In this document: positions 1-11,481 of the stretch, in pieces
Numbering within the stretch: position 1 is the stretch's first letter
Layout of the letters: every line of letters begins with the position of its first letter
NCBI RefSeq assembly: GCF_964355755.1
Contig: NC_092675.1
Span: forward strand, 13,077,812 to 13,141,811
Direction of reading: 5' to 3'
DNA: 64,000 nt
Source of the DNA: Antedon mediterranea
Lineage: Eukaryota; Animalia; Echinodermata
Position numbers and translations under genes: made by a program
Notes under the pieces: model-generated
The model's input: only the letters and a program-made list of their open reading frames with translations
Database searches by the model: none
What the model was told of the DNA's origin: nothing

Positions 1-88
1 TAGAATAGCTTCAAATCGTATTTGGAGACGTTTTAGACCATTTTGTGATTTTCGAAAAAACTTGTTAACATAAAAACACCAATGTGCT
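1..88 (+). repeat. Monomer type A (88 bp, majority type), example copy
   Basis: TAGAATAGCT at 1 recurs as TAGAAAAGCT at 89. Its 3' half is TGTGATTTTCGAAAAAACTTGTTAACATAAAAACACC. It occurs in runs of several copies. Confidence 0.97.
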
Positions 89-340
89 TAGAAAAGCTTC
101 AAATCGCATTTTGAGACGTTTTAGACCATTTTGTGCATTTCGATGAAACTTGGTTACACAAAAACATCAAAGTGCTTAAAATCACATTATAAACCATTTT
201 AGACCATTTTGAGCATTTCGATAACACTTTTCACACAAAAACATCAAAGAGCACAAAATAGCTTAATATCGTATTTAAAAACGTTTTAGACCATTTTGAG
301 CATTTCGACAAAACTTTTTCACACAAAACACCAAAGTGCT
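89..340 (+). repeat. B-C-D cassette (88+77+87 = 252 bp) of diverged monomers, example copy
   Basis: B ends GTGCATTTCGATGAAACTTGGTTACACAAAAACATC. C (177-253) begins TAAAATCACATTATAAACC. D (254-340) begins CAAAATAGCTTAATATCGTATTTAAAAACG. The same order recurs across the window. Confidence 0.93.
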
Positions 341-517
341 TAGAATAGCTTCAAATCGCATTTGGAGACGTTTTAGACCATTTTGTGATTTTCGAAAAAA
401 CTTGTTAACATAAAAACATCAAAGTGTACAGAATAACTTCAAATCGCATTTGGAGACCGTTTTAGGCCAATTTGTGATTTTCGAAAAAACTTGTTAACCT
501 AAAAATACCAAAGTGTT

Positions 518-1528
518 TAGAATAGCTTCAAATCGCATTTGGAGACGTTTTAGACCATTTTGTGATTTTCGAAAAAACTTGTTAACATAAAAACACCAAA
601 GTGCTTCAAATCGCATTTGGAGACATTTTAGACCAATTTGTGATTTTTGAAAAAACTTGTTAACATAAAAACACCAAAGTGCATACAATAGCTTCAAATC
701 GTATTTGGAGACGTTTTAGACCATTTTGTGATTTTCGAAAAAACTTGTTAACATAAAAACACCAAAGTACTTAGAATAGCTTCAAATCGAATTTGGAGAC
801 GTTTTAGACCATTTTATGCATTTCGATGAAACTTGGTTACACAAAAACATCAATGTGCTTAAAATCACATTATAATCCGTTTTAGACCATTTTGAGCATT
901 TCGATAACACTTTTCACACAAAAACATCAAAGAGCACAAAATAGCTTAATATCGTATTTAAAAACGTTTTAGACCATTTTGAGCATTTAGACAAAACTTT
1001 TTCACACAAAACACCAAAGTGTTTAGAATAGCTTCAAATCGCATTTGGAGACGTTTTAGACCATTTTGTGATTTTCGAAAAAACTTGTTAACATAAAAAC
1101 ACCAAAGTGCTTCAAATCGCATTTGAGACATTTTAGACCAATTTGTGATTTTTGAAAAAACTTGTTAACATAAAAACACCAAAGTGCTTACAATAGCTTC
1201 AAATCGTATTTGGAGACGTTTTAGACCATTTTGTGATTTTCGAAAAAACTTGTTAACATAAAAACACCAAAGTACTTAGAATAGCTTCAAATCGCATTTG
1301 GAGACGTTTTAGACCATTTTATGCATTTCGATGAAACTTGGTTACACAAAAACATCAAAGTGCTTAAAATCACATTATAATCCGTTTTAGACCATTTTGA
1401 GCATTTCGATAACACTTTTCACACAAAAACATCAAAGAGCACAAAATAGCTTAATATCGTATTTAAAAACTTTTTAGACCATTTTGAGCATTTCGACAAA
1501 ACTTTTTCACACAAAACACCAAAGTGCT
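518..1528 (+). repeat. Two tandem copies of a 6-monomer unit (~506 bp)
   Basis: Deletion marker GTGCTTCAAA at 601 and 1107 (offset 506), followed in both copies by TACAATAGC, AGTACTT, TTTATGCAT and TAATCCG variants. Confidence 0.88.
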
Positions 1529-1793
1529 TAGAATAGCTTCAAATCGCATTTGGAGACGTTTTAGACCATTTTGTGATTTTCGAAAAAAATTGTTAACATA
1601 AAAACATCAAAGTGTACAGAATAGCTTCAAATCGCATTTGGAGACCGTTTTAGGCCAATTTGTGATTTTCGAAAAAACTTGTTAACCTAAAAATACCAAA
1701 GTGTTTAGAATAGCTTCAAATCGCATTTGGAGACGTTTTAGACCATTTTGTGATTTTCGAAAAAACTTGTTAACATAAAAACACCAAAGTGCT

Positions 1794-1841
1794 TAGAATA
1801 GCTTCAAATCACATTTGGAGACGTTTTAGACCATAAGTGCT
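1794..1841 (+). repeat. Truncated 48-bp monomer (junction GACCATAAGTGC), example copy
   Basis: Monomer starts at 1794 and 1842. The same junction is at ~11130, 13312, 15581, 31957, 34905, 35469, 40186, 41607, 44402, 48719, 50140, 55247, 62782, with a variant at 60255. Confidence 0.93.
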
Positions 1842-4800
1842 TAGAATCACATTATAAACCGTTTTAGACCATTTTGAGCATTTCGATAACAATTTTCACA
1901 CAAAAACATCAAAGAGCACAAAATAGCCTAATATCGTATTTAAAAATGTTTTAGACCATTTTGAGCATTTAGATAAAACTTTTTCACACAAAACACCAAA
2001 GTGCTTAGAATAGCTTCAAATCGCATTTGGAGACGTTTTAGACCATTTTGTGATTTTTGAAAAAACTTGTTAACATAAAAACACCAAAGTGCTTAGAATA
2101 GCTTCAAATCACATTTGGAGACGTTTTAGACCATTTTGTGATTTTCGAAAAAACTTGTTAACATAAAAACACGAAAGTGCTTAGAATAGCTTCAAATCGC
2201 ATTTGGAAACGTTTTAGACCATTTAGTGATTTTCGAAAAAACTTGTTAACATAAAAACACGAAAGTGCTTAGAATAGCTTCAAATCGCATTTGGAAACGT
2301 TTTAGACCATTTTGTGATTTTCGAAAAAAATTGTTAACATAAAAACACCAAAGTGTTTAGAATAGCTTCAAATCGCATTTGGAGACGTTTTAGACCAATT
2401 TGTGATTTTCGAAAAAACTTATCAACATAAAAACACCAAAGGGTTTAGAATAGCTTCAAATCGCATTTGGAGACGTTTTAGACCATTTTGTGATTTTCGA
2501 AAAAACTTGTTAACATAAAAACACGAAAGTGCTTAGAATAGCTTCAAATCGCATTTGGAAACGTTTTAGACCATTTTGTGATTTTCGAAAAAACTTGTTA
2601 ACATAAAAACATGAAAGTGCTTAGAATAGCTTCAAATCGCATTTGGAGACGTTTTAGACCATTTTGTGATTTTCGAAAAAACTTGTTAACATAAAAACAC
2701 CAAAGGGCTTAGAATAGCTTCAAATCGTATTTGGAGACGTTTTAGACCATTTTGAGATTTTCGAAAAAACTTGGTTACACAAAAACATCAAAGTGCTTAA
2801 AATCACATTATAAACCGTTTTAGACCATTTTGAGCATTTCGATAACACTTTCACACAAAAACATCAAAGAGCACAAAATAGCTTAATATCGTATTTAAAA
2901 ACGTTTTAGACCATTTTGAGCATTTCGACAAAACTTTTTCACACAAAACACCAAAGTGCTTAGAATAGCTTCAAATCGCATTTGGAGACGTTTTAGACCA
3001 ATTTGTGCATTTCGATGAAACTTGATTACACAAAAACTTCAAAGTGCTTAAAATCACATTATAAACCGTTTTAGACCATTTTGAGCATTTCGATAACACT
3101 TTTCACACAAAAACATCAAAGAGCACAAAATAGCTTAATATCGTATTTAAAAACGTTTTAGACCATTTTGAGCATTTAGACAAAACTTTTTCACACAAAA
3201 CACCAAAGTGCTTAGAATAGCTTCAAATCGCATTTGGAGACGTTTTAGACCATTTTGTGCATTTCGAAGGAACTTGGTTACACAAAAACATCAAAGTGCT
3301 TAAAATCACATTATAAATCGTTTTAGACCATTTTGAGCATTTCGACAAAACTTTTTCACACAAAATACAAAAGTGCTTAGAATAGCTTCAAATCGCATTT
3401 GGAGACGTTTTAGACCATTTTGTGATTTTCGAAAAAACTTTTTAACATAAAAACACCAAAGTGCTTAGAATAGCTTCAAATCACATTTGGAGACGTTTTA
3501 GACCATTTTGTGATTTTCGAAAAAACTTGTTAACATAAAAACACGAAAGTGCTTAGAATAGCTTCAAATCGCATTTGGAGACGTTTTAGACCATTTTGTG
3601 ATTTTTGAAAAAACTTGTTAACATAAAAACACCAAAGTGCTTAGAATAGCTTCAAATCACATTTGGAGATGTTTTAGACCATTTTGTGATTTTTGAAAAA
3701 ACTTGTTAACATAAAAACACGAAAGTGCTTAGAATAGCTTCAAATCACATTTGGAGACGTTTTAGACCATTTTGTGATTTTTGAAAAAACTTGTTAACAT
3801 AAAAACACGAAAGTGCTTAGAATAGCTTCAAATCGCATTTGGAAACGTTTTAGACCATTTTGTGATTTTCGAAAAAGATTGTTAACATAAAAACACCAAT
3901 GTGCTTAGAATCACATTATAAACCGTTTTAGACCATTTTGAGCATTTCGATAACAATTTTCACACAAAAACATCAAAGAGCACAAAATAGCTTAATATCG
4001 TATTTATAAATGTTTTAGACCATTTTGAGCATTTCGACAAAACTTTTTCACACAAAACACCAAAGTGCTTAGAATAGCTTCAAATCGCATTTGGAGACGT
4101 TTTTTTATACCATTTTGTGATTTCGATGAAACTTGATTACACAAAAACATCAAAGTGCTTAAAATCACATTATAAACCGTTTTAGACCATTTTGAGCATT
4201 TCGATAACACTTTTCACACAAAAACATCAAAGAGCACAAAATAGCTTAATATCGTATTTAAAAACGTTTTAGACCATTTTGAGCTTTTAGACAAAACTTT
4301 TTCACACAAAACACCAAAGTGCTTAGAATAGCTTCAAATCGCATTTGGAGACGTTTTAGAACATTTTGTGTTTTTCGAAAAAAACTGTTAACATAAAAAC
4401 ACCAAAGTGCTTAGAATAGCTTCAAATCGCATTTGGAGACGTTTTAGAACATTTTGTGTTCTTCGAAAAAACCTGTTAACATAAAAACACCAAAGTGCTT
4501 AGAATAGCTTCAAATCGCATTTGGAGACGTTTTAGACCATTTTGTGATTTTTGAAAAAACCTGTTAACATAAAAACACCAAAGTGCTTAGAATAGCTTCA
4601 AATCACATTTGGAGACGTTTTAGACCATTTTGTGATTTTCGAAAAAACTTGTTAACATAAAAACACGAAAGTGCTTAGAATAGCTTCAAATCGCATTTGG
4701 AAACGTTTTAGACCATTTTGTGATTTTCGAAAAAGATTGTTAACATAAAAACACCAAAGTGCTTAGAATCACAATATAAACCGTTTTAGACCATTTTGAG

Positions 4801-7800
4801 CATTTCGATAACAATTTTCACACAAAAACATCAAAGAGCACAAAATAGCTTAATATCGTATTTAAAAATGTTTTAGACCATTTTGAGCATTTAGATAAAA
4901 CTTTTTCACACAAAACACCAAAGTGCTTAGAATAGCTTCAAATCGCATTTGGAGACGGTTTAGACCATTTTGTGATTTTGAAAAAACTTGTTAACATAAA
5001 AACACCAAAGTGCTTAGAATAGCTTCAAATCGCATTTGGAGACGTTTTAGACCATTTTGTGATTTTCGAAAAAACTTGTTAACATAAAAACACCAAAGTG
5101 CTTAGAATAGCTTCAAATCGTATTTGGAGACGTTTTAGACCATCTTGAGATTTTCGAAAAAACTTGTTTACACAAAAACATCAAAGTGCTTAAAATCACA
5201 TTATAAACCGTTTTAGACCATTTTGAACATTTCGATAACACTTTTCACACAAAAACATCAAAGAGCACAAAATAGCTTAATATCGTATTTAAAAACGTTT
5301 TAGACCATTTTGAGCATTTCGACAAAACTTTTTCACACAAAAACATCAAAGAGCACAAAATAGCTTAATATCGTATTTAAAAACGTTTTAGACCATTTTG
5401 AGCATTTAGACAAAACTTTTTCACACAAAACACCAAAGTGCTTAGAATAGCTTCAAATCGCATTTGGAGACGTTTTAGACCATTTTGTGCATTTCGATGA
5501 AACTTGGTTACACAAAAACATCAAAGTGCTTAAAATCACATTATAAATCGTTTTAGACCCTTTTGAGCATTTCGACAAAACTTTTTCACACAAAATACCA
5601 AAGGGCTTAGAATAGCTTCAAATCGCATTTGGAGACGTTTTAGACCATTTTGTGATTTTCGAAAAAACTTTTTAACATAAAAAGACCAAAGTGCTTAGAA
5701 TAGCTTCAAATCACATTTGGAGACGTTTTAGACCATTTTGTGATTTTCGAAAAAACTTGTTAACATAAAAACACGAAAGTGCTTAGAATAGCTTCAAATC
5801 GCATTTGGAAACGTTTTAGACCATTTTGTGATTTTCGAAAAAAATTGTTAACATAAAAACACCAAAGTGCTTAGAATCACATTATAAACCGTTTTAGACC
5901 ATTTTGAGCATTTCGATAACAATTTTCACACAAAAACATCAAAGAGCACAAAATAGCTTAATATCGTATTTAAAAATGTTTTAGACCATTTTGAGCATTT
6001 AGATAAATCTGTTTCACACAAAACACCAAAGTGCTTAGAATAGCTTCAAATCGCATTTGGAGACGTTTTAGACCATTTTGTGATTTTTGAAAAAACTTGT
6101 TAACATAAAAACACCAAAGTGCTTAGAATAGCTTCAAATCACATTTGGAGACGTTTTAGACCATTTTGTGATTTTCGAAAAAACTTGTTAACATAAAAAC
6201 ACGAAAGTGCTTAGAATAGCTTCAAATCGCATTTGGAAACGTTTTAGACCATTTTGTGATTTTCGAAAAAACTTGTTAACATAAAAACACGAAAGTGCTT
6301 AGAATAGCTTTAAATCGCATTTGGAAACGTTTTAGACCATTTTGTGATTTTCGAAAAAAATTGTTAACATAAAAACACCAAAGTGTTTAGAATAGCTTCA
6401 AATCGCATTTGGAGACGTTTTAGACCAATTTGTGATTTTCGAAAAAACTTATCAACATAAAAACACCAAAGGGTTTAGAATAGCTTCAAATCGCATTTGG
6501 AGACGTTTTAGACCATTTTGTGATTTTGAAAAAACTTGTTAACATAAAAACACCAAAGTGCTTAGAATAGCTTCAAATCGCATTTGGAGACGTTTTAGAC
6601 CATTTTGTGATTTTCGAAAAAACTTGTTAACATAAAAACACCAAAGTGCTTAGAATAGCTTCAAATCGTATTTGGAGACGTTTTAGACCATTTTGAGATT
6701 TTCGAAAAAACTTGGTTACACAAAAACATCAAAGTGCTTAAAATCACATTATAAACCGTTTTAGACCATTTTGAACATTTCGATAACACTTTTCACACAA
6801 AAACATCAAAGAGCACAAAATAGCTTAATATCGTATTTAAAAACGTTTTAGACCATTTTGAGCATTTCGACAAAACTTTTTCACACAAAACACCAAAGTG
6901 CTTAGAATAGCTTCAAATCGCATTTGGAGACGTTTTAGACCAATTTGTGCATTTCGATGAAACTTGATTACACAAAAACATCAAATTGCTTAAAATCACA
7001 TTATAAATTGTTTTAGACCATTTTGAGCATTTCGATAACACTTTTCACACAAAAACATCAAAGAGCACAAAATAGCTTAATATCGTATTTAAAAACGTTT
7101 TAGACCATTTTGAGCATTTAGACAAAACTTTTTCACACAAAACACCAAAGTGCTTAGAATAGCTTCAAATCGCATTTGGAGACGTTTTAGACCATTTTGT
7201 GATTTTTGAAAAAACTTGTTAACATAAAAACACCAAAGTGCTTAGAATAGCTTCAAATCACATTTGGAGACGTTTTAGACCATTTTGTGATTTTCGAAAA
7301 AACTTGTTAACATAAAAACACGAAAGTGCTTAGAATAGCTTCAAATCGCATTTGGAAACGTTTTAGACCATTTTGTGATTTTCGAAAAAACTTGTTAACA
7401 TAAAAACACGAAAGTGCTTAGAATCACATTATAAACCGTTTTAGACCATTTTGAGCATTTCGATAACAATTTTCACACAAAAACATCAAAGAGCACAAAA
7501 TAGCTTAATATCGTATTTAAAAATGTTTTAGACCATTTTGAGCATTTGGATAAAACTTTTTCACACAAAACACCAAAGTGCTTAGAATAGCTTCAAATCG
7601 CATTTGGAGACGTTTTAGACCATTTTGTGATTTTTGAAAAAACTTGTTAACATAAAAACACCAAAGTGCTTAGAATAGCTTCAAATCACATTTGAAGATG
7701 TTTTAGACCATTTTGTGATTTTTGAAAAAACTTGTTAACATAAAAACACGAAAGTGCTTAGAATAGCTTCAAATCACATTTGGAGACGTTTTAGACCATT

Positions 7801-10800
7801 TTGTGATTTTTGAAAAAACTTGTTAACATAAAAACACGAAAGTGCTTAGAATAGCTTCAAATCGCATTTGGAAACGTTTTAGACCATTTTGTGATTTTCG
7901 AAAAAGATTGTTAACATAAAAACACTAATGTGCTTAGAATCACATTATAAACCGTTTTAGACCATTTTGAGCATTTCGATAACAATTTTCACACAAAAAC
8001 ATCAAAGAGCACAAAATAACTTAATATCGTATTTATAAATGTTTTAGACCATTTTGAGCATTTCGACAAAACTTTTTCACACAAAACACCAAAGTGCTTA
8101 GAATAGCTTCAAATCGCATTTGGAGACGTTTTAGACCATTTTGTGATTTCGATGAAACTTGATTACACAAAAACATCAAAGTGCTTAAAATCACATTATA
8201 AACCATTTTAGACCATTTTGAGCATTTCGATAACACTTTTCACACAAAAACATCAAAGAGCAAAAAATAGCTTAATATCGTATTTAAAAACGTTTTAGAC
8301 CATTTTGAGCATTTAGACAAAACTTTTTCACACAAAACACCAAAGTGCTTAGAATAGCTTCAAATCGCATTTGGAGACGTTTTAGAACATTTTGTGTTTT
8401 TCGAAAAAAACTGGTAACATAAAAACACCAAAGTGCTTAGAATAGCTTCAAATCGCATTTGGAGACGTTTTAGAACATTTTGTGTTCTTCGAAAAAACCT
8501 GTTAACATAAAAACACCAAAGTGCTTAGAATAGCTTCAAATCGCATTTGGAGACGTTTTAGACCATTTTGTGATTTTTGAAAAAACTTGTTAACATAAAA
8601 ACACCAAAGTGCTTAGAATAGCTTCAAATCACATTTGGAGACGTTTTAGACCATTTTGTGATTTTCGAAAAAACTTGTTAACATAAAAACACCAAAGTGC
8701 TTAGAATAGCGTCAAATCGTATTTGGAGACGTTTTAGACCATTTTGTGATTTTCGAAAAAACTTGTTAACATAAAAACACCAAAGTGCTTAGAATAGCTT
8801 CAAATCGCATTTGGAGACGGTTTAGACCATTTTATGATTTTGAAAAAACTTGTTAACATAAAAACACCAAAGTGCTTAGAATAGCTTCAAATCGCATTTG
8901 GAGACGTTTTAGACCATTTTGTGATTTTCGAAAAAACTTGTTAACATAAAAACACCAAAGTGCTTAGAATAGCTTCAAATCGTATTTGGAGACGTTTTAG
9001 ACCATTTTGAGATTTTCGAAAAAACTTGGTTACACAAAAACATCAAAGTGCTTAAAATCACATTATAAACCGTTTTAGACCATTTTGAGCATTTCGATAA
9101 CACTTTTCACACAAAAACATCAAAGAGCACAAAATAGCTTAATATCGTATTTAAAAACGTTTTAGACCATTTTGAGCATTTCGACAAAACTTTTTCACAC
9201 AAAACACCAAAGTGCTTAGAATAGCTTCAAATCGCATTTGGAGACGTTTTAAACCAATTTGTGCATTTCGATGAAACTTGATTACACAAAAACATCAAAG
9301 TGCTTAAAATCACATTATAAACCAATTTAGACCATTTTGAGCATTTCGATAACACTTTTCACACAAAAACATCAAAGAGCACAAAATAGCTTAATATCGT
9401 ATTTAAAAACGTTTTAGACCATTTTGAGCATTTCGACAAAACTTTTTCACACAAAACACCAAAGTGCTTAGAATAGCTTCAAATCGCATTTGGAGACGTT
9501 TTAGACCAATTTGTGCATTTCGATGAAACTTGATTACACAAAAACATCAAAGTGCTTAAAATCACATTATAAACCGTTTTAGACCATTTTGAGCATTTCG
9601 ATAACACTTTTCACACAAAAACATCAAAGAGCACAAAATAGCTTAATATCGTATTTAAAAACGTTTTAGACCATTTTGAGCATTTAGACAAAACTTTTTC
9701 ACACAAAACACCAAAGTGCTTAGAATAGCTTCAAATCGCATTTGGAGACGTTTTAGACCATTTTGTGATTTTTGAAAAAACTTGTTAACATAAAAACACC
9801 AAAGTGCTTAGAATAGCTTCAAATCACATTTGGAGACGTTTTAGACCATTTTGTGATTTTCGAAAAAACTTGTTAACATAAAAACACGAAAGTGCTTAGA
9901 ATAGCTTCAAATCGCATTTGGAAACGTTTTAGACCATTTTGTGATTTTCGAAAAAACTTGTTAACATAAAAACACGAAAGTGCTTAGAATCACATTATAA
10001 ACCGTTTTAGACCATTTTGAGCATTTCGATAACAATTTTCACACAAAAACATCAAAGAGCACAAAATAGCTTAATATCGTATTTAAAAATGTTTTAGACC
10101 ATTTTGAGCATTTAGATAAAACTTTTTCACACAAAACACCAAAGTGCTTAGAATAGCTTCAAATCGCATTTGGAGACGTTTTAGACCATTTTGTGATTTT
10201 CGAAAAAACTTGTTAACATAAAAACACGAAAGTGCTTAGAACAGCTTCAAATCGCATTTGGAAACGTTTTAGACCATTTTGTGATTTTCGAAAAAAATTG
10301 TTAACATAAAAACACCAAAGTGTTTAGAATAGCTTCAAATCGCATTTGGAGACGTTTTAGACCAATTTGTGATTTTCGAAAAAACTTATCAACATAAAAA
10401 CACCAAAGGGTTTAGAATAGCTTCAAATCGCATTTGGAGACGTTTTAGACCATTTTGTGATTTTGAAAAAACTTGTTAACATAAAAACACCAAAGTGCTT
10501 AGAATAGCTTCAAATCGCATTTGGAGACGTTTTAGACCATTTTGTGATTTTCGAAAAAACTTGTTAACATAAAAACACCAAAGTGCTTAGAATAGCTTCA
10601 AATCGTATTTGGAGACGTTTTAGACCATTTTGAGATTTTCGAAAAAACTTGGTTACACAAAAACATCAAAGTGCTTAAAATCACATTATAAACCGTTTTA
10701 GACCATTTTGAGCATTTCGGTAACACTTTTCACACAAAAACATCAAAGAGCACAAAATAGCTTAATATCGTATTTAAAAACGTTTTAGACCATTTTGAGC

Positions 10801-11481
10801 ATTTAGACAAAACTTTTTCACACAAAACACCAAAGTGCTTAGAATAGCTTCAAATCGCATTTGGAGACGTTTTAGACCATTTTGTGCATTTCGATGAAAC
10901 TTGGTTACACAAAAACATCAAAGTGCTTAAAATCACATTATAAATCGTTTTAGACCATTTTGAGCATTTCGACAAAACTTTTTCACACAAAATACCAAAG
11001 TGCTTAGAATAGCTTCAAATCGCATTTGGAGACGTTTTAGACCATTTTGTGATTTTCGAAAAAACTTTTTAACATAAAAACACCAAAGTGCTTAGAATAG
11101 CTTCAAATCACATTTGGAGACGTTTTAGACCATAAGTGCTTAGAATCACATCATAAACCGTTTTAGACCATTTTGAGCATTTCGATAACAATTTTCACAC
11201 AAAAACATCAAAGAGCACAAAATAGCTTAATATCGTATTTAAAAATGTTTTAGACCATTTTGAGCATTTAGATAAAACTTTTTCACACAAAACACCAAAG
11301 TGCTTAGAATAGCTTCAAATCGCATTTGGAGACGTTTTAGACCATTTTGTGATTTTTGAAAAAAACTTGTTAACATAAAAACACCAAAGTGCTTAGAATA
11401 GCTTCAAATCGCATTTGGAAACGTTTTAGACCATTTTGTGATTTTCGAAAAAACTTGTTAACATAAAAACATGAAAGTGCT

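Noticed and set aside
25-37. GAGACG (BsmBI site) next to TTTTAGA, reminiscent of sgRNA cloning vectors
   Set aside because: No scaffold, promoter or vector sequence is present, and the natural mutation spectrum indicates coincidence.
30-45. GTTTTAGA recurring at regular spacing, resembling the start of type II-A CRISPR repeats (GTTTTAGAGC)
   Set aside because: The intervening sequences are near-identical repeats rather than unique spacers, there are no cas genes, and the match is only 8 bp.
138-154. CENP-B-box-like TTTCGATGAAACTTGGT in B monomers
   Set aside because: It matches TTCG, A and GG but lacks the essential second CG of NTTCGNNNNANNCGGGN. Such a partial match is not evidence of binding.
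1-352. Assignment to a named satellite family or species by length multiples (176 or 352 bp)
   Set aside because: Length coincidence alone is insufficient. I do not recognise the sequence and cannot run a database search.
494-697. 67-aa minus-strand ORF, identical at 14244 and 32889
   Set aside because: It is a translation of satellite monomers with an internally repeated peptide, opened by the 10-bp deletion. The identical copies just reflect block duplication.
4004-4210. 68/67-aa minus-strand ORFs at 4004 and 8033
   Set aside because: Chance stop-free frames across D-B-C monomers, with no domain or gene context.
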